Source: Planctomycetales bacterium
Lineage (GTDB): Bacteria > 4484-113 > JAFGCY01
Assembly (NCBI GenBank): GCA_022646745.1
Contig: CP060262.1
Location: 2,850,001-2,882,000, forward strand
Direction: 5' to 3'
DNA length: 32,000 nucleotides
Position numbers and translations under genes: made by a program
Notes under the pieces: model-generated
The model's input: the letters and a program-made list of their open reading frames with translations, nothing else
The model's database searches: none
What the model was told of the DNA's origin: nothing
Shown: piece after piece, positions 9,632 to 15,528 of the stretch
How the letters are laid out: each line of letters opens with the position of its first letter
Position numbering within the stretch: the first letter of the stretch is position 1

Positions 9632-10397
9632 GCAGGGCCTCCAGTTCAGCTATGATCTCCGCCGGCCGGGCCTGGCTGTCATCTCGCTCAAGGATCACCG
9701 CTTCCGGCTGGTGCGATTCCATGACCAGGCCGATCAGTTCCAGCAGGTCCGCCTGCAGGGGCTGGTCGTGGGAATCATGGTAGCGGCCATTGCCATCCAG
9801 CTGGTAACCGACCACATGCAGCTGCACAACCAGCTCCGCGGGGACCAGCTCTAGCCAGCGCTGGGGATCAAAGCCATGGTTGCGCGCATTGATGAACAGG
9901 TTCGTGACATCAAGCAGCAGCCTGCAGTCTGCCCGCCTGCACAATTCCACCAGGAACTCGTTTTCCGGCATGTCACCTTGCAGCCTGATGCTGCTGGTGA
10001 TGTTTTCCAGCAGCAGCGGGCGTTCAAGCCGTTCCTGCAGCTCCTGTGCATTGCTCGCGATGGTCTGCAGGTTGGCGCGTGTCGGGGACAGTGGGTTGAG
10101 GTGCCCGAGGTCGATTCCCCCGGCGCGGGTGAAGGCTACGTGCTCGCTGATCCAATGTGGCTGGCAGGCATCGCAGACCTGCTTGAAGCCCCGCAGGTAT
10201 TCCTCATCCATCGGCCCGGGGGTTCCCAGTGAACAGCTCAGGCCATGCACGAACACTGGGTAGCGTCCGGACAATTCAGCCAGCTGCTGCCTGCCGGAAT
10301 CAAGGAAGTGGTCAGGCACTATCTCCAGGCACTGGATCCTGTCATCTCCAATGCTGATCATACCTGCGAGGTTGCGCCGCCAGCCGATGCCGATCAT
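9618..10397 (-). CDS. DUF692 / MNIO (multinuclear non-heme iron-dependent oxidative) family enzyme
   Basis: TIM-barrel DUF692 motif series: MIGIGWRR, FVHGLSCSLG, ISEHVAF, LLLENI, LLDVTNLFINARNHG, LHVVGY, YHDSHDQPL, VILERDD. I prefer the ATG at 10395-10397, which forms an ATGA overlap with the upstream stop. The longer ORF start at 10436 is a TTG inside the upstream gene. Confidence 0.85.
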   Translation of the reverse strand: MIGIGWRRNLAGMISIGDDRIQCLEIVPDHFLDSGRQQLAELSGRYPVFVHGLSCSLGTPGPMDEEYLRGFKQVCDACQPHWISEHVAFTRAGGIDLGHLNPLSPTRANLQTIASNAQELQERLERPLLLENITSSIRLQGDMPENEFLVELCRRADCRLLLDVTNLFINARNHGFDPQRWLELVPAELVVQLHVVGYQLDGNGRYHDSHDQPLQADLLELIGLVMESHQPEAVILERDDSQARPAEIIAELEALHAAA

Positions 10398-11104
10398 CCG
10401 CAACCCCCGCAACCGCCTCCGCAGCCTCCGCCACAACCTCCGCCGCAGCTGCTGCAGGATGTGCAGCCAGCCACCCCATAGCCACCGCGGCCGTCATTCA
10501 TGCTTGTCACGCTCGACAGGAATGCCATGCTGCCGATTCCCATCAGGATGACCATGTAGGTCCACTTGTGCATGCCATGCTGGATACCGTAGAGGTAGCG
10601 CTCCGCACCGATCAGCAGGAAGAAGCCCAGGCCGATGAAATTCAGCCCGTCATGCTTGCCGATCATCTGCCGCAGGATATGTACGGCGGCCACCATCAGG
10701 ACTCCGATGATGGCGTAATAAACGAGGAATTCCGGACCCTTGAGGAATGGGAACATCAGGTAACTGACCACTCCTGTAGCCAGTCCGACCAGTGCCATCG
10801 ATCCGAAAACGGCACTGGCCCTGCCGGAATCAAACTCTGCAGCTGAGCTCGTTGTTTCCAGCGGTGGCAAGCTCTGGTTCAGTGCCACGGATGGTGATGA
10901 CTGCAACTGGACTATGCCTGGCGATGCCTGAGGTTCATAGGAATGTTCCTCGTGCCATGGAAGTGCTTCATGCAGGCGGAATGTGGCTCCACAGTTGCTG
11001 CACTGCTGCAGCATGCCGGGGAAATGCTTGCTGGGAAGCTCAAAACGCCGCAGGCAGCTCGGGCAGCGCAGGAACTGGTCCTGCTCCCGGCTCACAGCTC
11101 CCAC
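10394..11104 (-). CDS. zinc-ribbon / 4-TM membrane protein with C-terminal Cys-Gly repeat tail; putative MNIO substrate (TIGR04222-like)
   Basis: GTG start at 11104 or 11095. N-terminal CPSC-x17-CSNC zinc ribbon and a Ser/Pro/Gln linker. Four hydrophobic helices, including a GPEFLVYY helix start. The tail is GCTSCSSCGGGCGGGCGGGCGGCG followed by the stop. Confidence 0.8.
   Translation of the reverse strand: MGAVSREQDQFLRCPSCLRRFELPSKHFPGMLQQCSNCGATFRLHEALPWHEEHSYEPQASPGIVQLQSSPSVALNQSLPPLETTSSAAEFDSGRASAVFGSMALVGLATGVVSYLMFPFLKGPEFLVYYAIIGVLMVAAVHILRQMIGKHDGLNFIGLGFFLLIGAERYLYGIQHGMHKWTYMVILMGIGSMAFLSSVTSMNDGRGGYGVAGCTSCSSCGGGCGGGCGGGCGGCG
10397..10465 (-). repeat. coding tandem repeat (TGY GGN GGN GGN) specifying the CTSCSSC(GGGC)3GGCG tail
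   Basis: Minus-strand codons read tgc aca tcc tgc agc agc tgc ggc gga ggt tgt ggc gga ggc tgc gga ggc ggt tgc ggg ggt tgc gga tga. Synonymous codons differ between repeat units. Confidence 0.9.
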
Positions 11105-11838
11105 CTGCCAGCCATGTAATCCAATGCTCCCTGCAGGACGTCCAGCAGCTGCCTGTGCAGCTCATGGATGTCCGCTGATCGATCACTACCTTCGCGCAGT
11201 CCGATCAGTGTGTCGAGCAGGGCCTGTTCTATTCCGAGCTCCCGCGCCAGCAGGGGCGCCTGCAGCCGGCGCTCATCTGGAACCTCGCTGCCTTCCAGGC
11301 GCAGCAGTTCAGCCAGGTCGGCGAAGATACGCGGTACCGCACCACGCAGTATCCGCAGGTATCGCTCCGGCTGGTCCGTGTTCTGGATGTAGGCATTGCC
11401 GAGCCGCATCCAGCTGTTTCGCAGGCCCTGCTCCAGCAGGAACTGCCGGCGAGGGATAGAGACTTCGAAACCACTGAATGGGTCAGTCCCATACAGTAGT
11501 TCATCCCGGCGGGCGATATCGGAGAACTTAAGCGCGAAGGCCTGCATGCTTCGATCCAGGCCCTTGCTGGACAGTACAAGCGGACTGATGTTCAGTCCAC
11601 TGTCCCTGATTGTCTGGGAAATGCTGCGCTGGGCTGCCGCCGTGTTCTGCTTCAGCACAATGAGCAGGTTGATGTCAGAGCTGCCGCGACTGAAGTCATT
11701 GCGGACGGAGCTGCCGTACAACACAAGGCTTTCCAGGTTGTCCCCCAATGAGGAAGCAAATGTATCACGCAGTCCATCCATCGAACTGCGCAGCTGCTGG
11801 GTGATGGGCATGCAAGTAGTGTAGGGGAGTAGCCCCAT
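11092..11838 (-). CDS. nucleotidyltransferase-fold protein (KNTase/MNT-like N-domain plus helical C-domain), degenerate active-site motif
   Basis: LVLYGSSVRNDFSRGSSDINLLIVL matches the pol-beta NTase G-S...D-x-D pattern, except that the second acidic residue is Asn (DIN). Stop TGA at 11092-11094 overlaps the next gene's GTG. An alternative ATG exists at 11811. Confidence 0.7.
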   Translation of the reverse strand: MGLLPYTTCMPITQQLRSSMDGLRDTFASSLGDNLESLVLYGSSVRNDFSRGSSDINLLIVLKQNTAAAQRSISQTIRDSGLNISPLVLSSKGLDRSMQAFALKFSDIARRDELLYGTDPFSGFEVSIPRRQFLLEQGLRNSWMRLGNAYIQNTDQPERYLRILRGAVPRIFADLAELLRLEGSEVPDERRLQAPLLARELGIEQALLDTLIGLREGSDRSADIHELHRQLLDVLQGALDYMAGRWEL

Positions 11839-11855
11839 CCCGTAAATCAGTAAGC

Positions 11856-11886
11856 AAAAAAAAAGGGCGACCCCGGAGGGTCGCCC
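11856..11886 (-). terminator. intrinsic terminator downstream of the porin gene
   Basis: The minus strand reads GGGCGACCC-TCCG-GGGTCGCCC followed by nine T. This is a perfect 9-bp GC stem beginning 15 nt after the porin TAA. Confidence 0.85.
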
Positions 11887-11901
11887 AGTTCAGTTCTGGA
11901 A

Positions 11902-13590
11902 TTAGAACTTGAAGATCCAGTCCAGCTGGATGGTCTGATGATCATCCAGGTTGTTCGGGATCAGGAAGCCGTAGGCGTTGTGCATCTTGGAAAGGATGTA
12001 GGTCACGCCGACGGTCGCGTTCGGGCTCCACATGTACTGCCAGCCCCACTCGAAGGAGTTACGGTTGGCACCACCGGTGTCGCTGTCAGCAAGGCCGTGG
12101 ATCACGGTGTTGGCACCGATCTCCTTGTAACGGGCATAGGTGTACCAGTCACCGCAGTGAGCAGGCTTGGTGCCGTACTGGCCGCCCACGACGAAACCGG
12201 TATCATCGGTGTCCTCGTAGATGAAGCCGGAGGCAAGGCCGCCGTTCACGATGGCGATGTTGGTGTCAGCGTCGCTATCGCAGGTGAACATGTACTCACC
12301 GTAGATGCTCAGCGGCTTGTCCCAGGTGCAGGGCCAGGTGTACTGGAGGCCAGCCTTGGTGACGCTGAAGTTGCTGTTGAAGCGATCGAGGCCGTTGATG
12401 ACGCCGTCGCCGTTGAAGTCGAAGATGCTGCCGTCAGCCAGGGTAAAACCGTTGCCGGTGAAGTAGCTGGCGGGCAGGTTGTTCTCTTCCTTCCAGCCGT
12501 AGCTGCCGACCCACACGTCGAGGTTATCGACGAGGAAGTTGTCGTGACGCAGCTCGGTGGCGAAGAAGTAGGTGTCATCATCGAAGTAGTCGCTGCCGTT
12601 GACCTCAACCGCCACGGAGGCGACGCTGGTCAGCTGGAAGTCCTCGTTGAAGTGGTACATGATGCCGAGACCCTGAAGGTTCACGTCATCGTCGAGGATC
12701 ATCTCGTTCGGGTCGGTCAGGATGTTCGGGAAGATACCACCGTAGATGTCAAGCTTGGCATGGCAGGTGCAACCTTCCTTCTTGCCGCAGCTGTTGCAAC
12801 CGCTGTTGCACTGGCCGCAGCTACCGCCGCAACTGTTACCGTTGCAGCTGCTGCACTTGTCGCAGCAATCCTTCTCGGGGCAGTCCTGGTAATAACCGAA
12901 CCAGCTCGGGCTGTACTTGAAGTAAGCCTGATCGAGGAAGATGTCAGCGGTACGACCGTTGTTACCAAGGGTCCAGTTGCCGCTGGTGGCATCGTTACCG
13001 GTGTTGGTCTCCAGACGGAAGCCAACCATCACGCAGTCGTTGATCTGCTTGTTGTAACCAAGACGGAAACGAATACGCTGACGGAAACGCTCGTTGTTGG
13101 CCCAGTCCTCAAACTGCCAACGGTAGCGCAGCTCGCCCTTCCACTCCGGACCCGGCTTGAGACCGGAGACCTTGTCCTCGAGGGAGCCAATACGGTTAGT
13201 GTTGTCCGCGACACTACCCTCAAGGTCCGTCATGGTGGAATGCATATCGTTCACCTGGTTACCCAGGGCATCAACTTTCCCGCCGAGGCTGGCAAGCTGA
13301 TCAGAGAATTCCGCGCGAAGGGTTTCGGCCATGATGTTGATGTCTTCAGGAGAGCCCTCACCAACCGTGTCCAGCAGACGAGCAATTGCCTGAGCGAACT
13401 CGTAGCGGGTCAGGGTGCGGTCTCCCTTGAAGAATCCATCCGGATAACCTTCGAGCACACCACGGTGCGTAAGGTAATCCAGAGCGTTGTACGCCCAGTG
13501 ATCAGTGCTGACATCGTCATACGCGCTCTGCGCGAATGCCGTACCACACATGATCACCAGAGCCAGCAGTGAAGAAATAAGATATCTCAC
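11902..13590 (-). CDS. SLH-domain outer-membrane beta-barrel porin with coiled-coil linker
   Basis: Signal peptide RYLISSLLALVIMCGTAFA/QS. SLH motif DVSTDHWAYNALDYLTHRGVLEGYPDGFFKGDRTLTRYEFAQAIARLL. A coiled-coil segment is followed by alternating aromatic beta-strand pattern and a C-terminal IQLDWIFKF. AGGAG sits 6 nt before the GTG at 13590; the ORF track's TTG at 13596 abuts the SD. Confidence 0.85.
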   Translation of the reverse strand: MRYLISSLLALVIMCGTAFAQSAYDDVSTDHWAYNALDYLTHRGVLEGYPDGFFKGDRTLTRYEFAQAIARLLDTVGEGSPEDINIMAETLRAEFSDQLASLGGKVDALGNQVNDMHSTMTDLEGSVADNTNRIGSLEDKVSGLKPGPEWKGELRYRWQFEDWANNERFRQRIRFRLGYNKQINDCVMVGFRLETNTGNDATSGNWTLGNNGRTADIFLDQAYFKYSPSWFGYYQDCPEKDCCDKCSSCNGNSCGGSCGQCNSGCNSCGKKEGCTCHAKLDIYGGIFPNILTDPNEMILDDDVNLQGLGIMYHFNEDFQLTSVASVAVEVNGSDYFDDDTYFFATELRHDNFLVDNLDVWVGSYGWKEENNLPASYFTGNGFTLADGSIFDFNGDGVINGLDRFNSNFSVTKAGLQYTWPCTWDKPLSIYGEYMFTCDSDADTNIAIVNGGLASGFIYEDTDDTGFVVGGQYGTKPAHCGDWYTYARYKEIGANTVIHGLADSDTGGANRNSFEWGWQYMWSPNATVGVTYILSKMHNAYGFLIPNNLDDHQTIQLDWIFKF

Positions 13591-13737
13591 TTCCAACTCC
13601 TATTGATAGTGGGTTGAAATACATGCGGGAAGACAGCGCGCCATCCCGACTTGCTCCCTTCGCGAGATCTTCACTCTGGATAACCGGCATCTATAACCTC
13701 AGAAATCCTTCACGCAGATCCCACTTCGGGATTCGCC

Positions 13738-13765
13738 ATTGTAACACAGTATTTCGAGTTGAAAA
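13738..13765 (-). promoter_or_regulatory. candidate sigma70-type promoter for the porin gene
   Basis: Minus strand: TTTTCA, 16-nt spacer, then TGT-TACAAT (extended -10). It lies in the only AT-rich stretch of the region and would give a leader of roughly 135-140 nt. Confidence 0.3.
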
Positions 13766-13920
13766 CATAAAATTTCCACTCAAATGTCACAGGGACACCG
13801 TATTACTCTGGCGCTCAGGAATAAATCGGTCCAGCCTGCTCAATCATTAATCCCATGCGGGTTTTTGGGGTGAAATTGAGCCAAAATTCCGGCTGTCTCG
13901 ATAGGGCCAGGAATTGCAAA

Positions 13921-14694
13921 CTAAAGCACTACACCTTTGTATATGTAGGCGGTTCCCCAGCACAGCCTGTGCTTCTCGATATGGCCGAATCTGCCTGAGG
14001 AGCGCATTTTCGCCACGAACTGGTCCCCACTCGGGAAATTTGCCGCACTCTTATGCAGGTAGTTATAAGCCTGCATACTGCCGGACACCAGTCCACCGAC
14101 CAATGGAATAACGAAGCGGCTGTAAACGTAATAAGCAGGTTTCATGAAGGCGCCGTCCGGTTGGCCGGTCTCCAGCACCATCACGCAACCCCCCGGCTTG
14201 ACCACGCGGGCCATCTCGCGCATCGCCCGTACGGGGTCCGGCACATTGCGCAGGCCGAATCCGATGCTCGCCACATTGAAGGAATCATCCGAATAGGGCA
14301 GGTTCATCACGTCAGCATGCTCGAAGCTGACCAGTTCGCGACCCTTCATCGGCCGCTGCATGCCGCGCTCCATCATTTCAGTTGTGATGTCGGAGGCGAT
14401 CACGCTGCCGCTCGCGCCGGTCACCCTCGCAAAGGAAAAGGCGATATCTCCTGTGCCGCTTGCGCAGTCCAGCACGCGCATCCCCGGTTGGGCTCCACTA
14501 AGCTGCACCAGCAGGCGTTTCCAGCGCATGTGCTGCCCGAAGCTGATCAGGTTGTTGCTGAGGTCATAACTCGGGGCCAGGGTCGCGAACATCTGGCGAA
14601 TGCTGTGGGGATTGGAGGAACTGGGCTGCACTGGAGCATAATAACAGAGTTGGCAGCGGCTCCTGCAACCGCAGGGCCAGCCTTTGCGTAACAC
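13921..14694 (-). CDS. ubiE: demethylmenaquinone / ubiquinone C-methyltransferase (UbiE/MenG family)
   Basis: MFATLAPSYDLSNNLISFGQHMRWKR, SAM motif VLDCASGTGDIA, GFGLRNVPD, and VKPGGCVMVLE. The start is uncertain: the GTG at 14694 is only 11 nt from the divergent gene, and the ATG at 14592 (MFATLAPSYD) is an alternative. Confidence 0.8.
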   Translation of the reverse strand: MLRKGWPCGCRSRCQLCYYAPVQPSSSNPHSIRQMFATLAPSYDLSNNLISFGQHMRWKRLLVQLSGAQPGMRVLDCASGTGDIAFSFARVTGASGSVIASDITTEMMERGMQRPMKGRELVSFEHADVMNLPYSDDSFNVASIGFGLRNVPDPVRAMREMARVVKPGGCVMVLETGQPDGAFMKPAYYVYSRFVIPLVGGLVSGSMQAYNYLHKSAANFPSGDQFVAKMRSSGRFGHIEKHRLCWGTAYIYKGVVL

Positions 14695-14705
14695 ACATTA
14701 TTAAT

Positions 14706-15431
14706 ATGTCCACAGCCAGGCAACAGCTGGAGCACGGCAAGGCCCGATCACGCCATGACGGCAACCAGGTCTGGGGACTGCTGATTGTGTTCGTGATCGT
14801 GCTGCTGCTGTGGAACACGGTGTTCATCGCTCCACTCAAGCTGCTGGTGGTGTTCTTCCACGAGCTGTCCCATGCCATTGCGGCCATCATCACAGGAGGA
14901 AAAGTGCATGGGATGGAGCTCAACATCCGCGAGGGTGGACTGACCTACCACTCCGGCGGTAACTTCTTCCTGATCGCATCCGCCGGCTACCTCGGTAGCA
15001 TGCTCTGGGGAGCAATGCTGATCCTCGCTGCCCGATTCGTCAAACGCAGGCAGGTGGTGACCTTCCTGCTGGGACTGGTACTGCTCGGCGCGGGCCTGCT
15101 GTTCATGCGGCCAATCTTCGGCTTCGGCTTCATCTTCTGCCTGGTCGTCGGCTTCCTGATGCTGTTCCTCGCCTCACGGGCAGAGGACGGCTGGCATAAC
15201 TTCCTGCTGAAGCTTATCGGCATCACGAGCTGCCTGTATGCCGTACTCGACATCAAGAGTGACATCCTCGACCGCCCACACCTGCACTCTGATGCCGTCG
15301 CCCTGCAGCAGCTTACCCTGATCCCGTCCGTCGTCTGGGGCGTGCTCTGGATGGCACTGTCCATCGCCTGCACCTGGTGGTGCCTGCGGCTGGCAACCCG
15401 CAGGCGGGCAGGGGACGAGACCGGGGACTGA
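14706..15431 (+). CDS. M50B-like membrane metallopeptidase
   Basis: Polytopic membrane protein with HExxH inside a helix (FFHELSHAIAAIITGG), as in the Peptidase_M50B family. Confidence 0.65.
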   Translation: MSTARQQLEHGKARSRHDGNQVWGLLIVFVIVLLLWNTVFIAPLKLLVVFFHELSHAIAAIITGGKVHGMELNIREGGLTYHSGGNFFLIASAGYLGSMLWGAMLILAARFVKRRQVVTFLLGLVLLGAGLLFMRPIFGFGFIFCLVVGFLMLFLASRAEDGWHNFLLKLIGITSCLYAVLDIKSDILDRPHLHSDAVALQQLTLIPSVVWGVLWMALSIACTWWCLRLATRRRAGDETGD

Positions 15432-15528
15432 GCAGGCAAGATTGGGTATGGCAGCCGGGGCCTGCATCCACTAAGATGGAACATCCCGCATGGCCGGAAG
15501 TTGGGCCGGGCATGCCACCGGAGTTGCT

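Noticed and set aside
9618-10436. Longer DUF692 ORF starting at the TTG at 10436 (MWRRLRRRLRGLR...).
   Set aside because: The extension is the out-of-frame reading of the Cys-Gly repeat and is Arg-rich. The conserved DUF692 N-terminus begins at MIGIGWRR, whose ATG forms a classic ATGA stop/start overlap.
10245-10481. Plus-strand ORF with a PPQPPQPPPQPPPQPPPQ proline-rich repeat.
   Set aside because: It is the antisense reading of the Cys-Gly repeat (GGN GGN TGC). The minus-strand frame is continuous with a bona fide membrane protein and sits in an ATGA overlap with the DUF692 gene.
11938-13572. 544-aa plus-strand ORF antisense to the porin gene. Similar long antisense ORFs lie at 546-1478, 4309-5364, 6354-7153, 17077-18237, 25601-26464 and 28700-29767.
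   Set aside because: These are mirror-frame open reading frames, typical of GC-rich DNA. Their translations are low-complexity (Ala/Gly/Arg/Val-rich) with no motifs, while the opposite strand encodes clearly recognisable proteins.
13614-13850. 78-aa ORF in the AT-rich region upstream of the porin.
   Set aside because: It has a TTG start, no SD and a basic low-complexity translation. It lies in what looks like the porin promoter and leader on the opposite strand.
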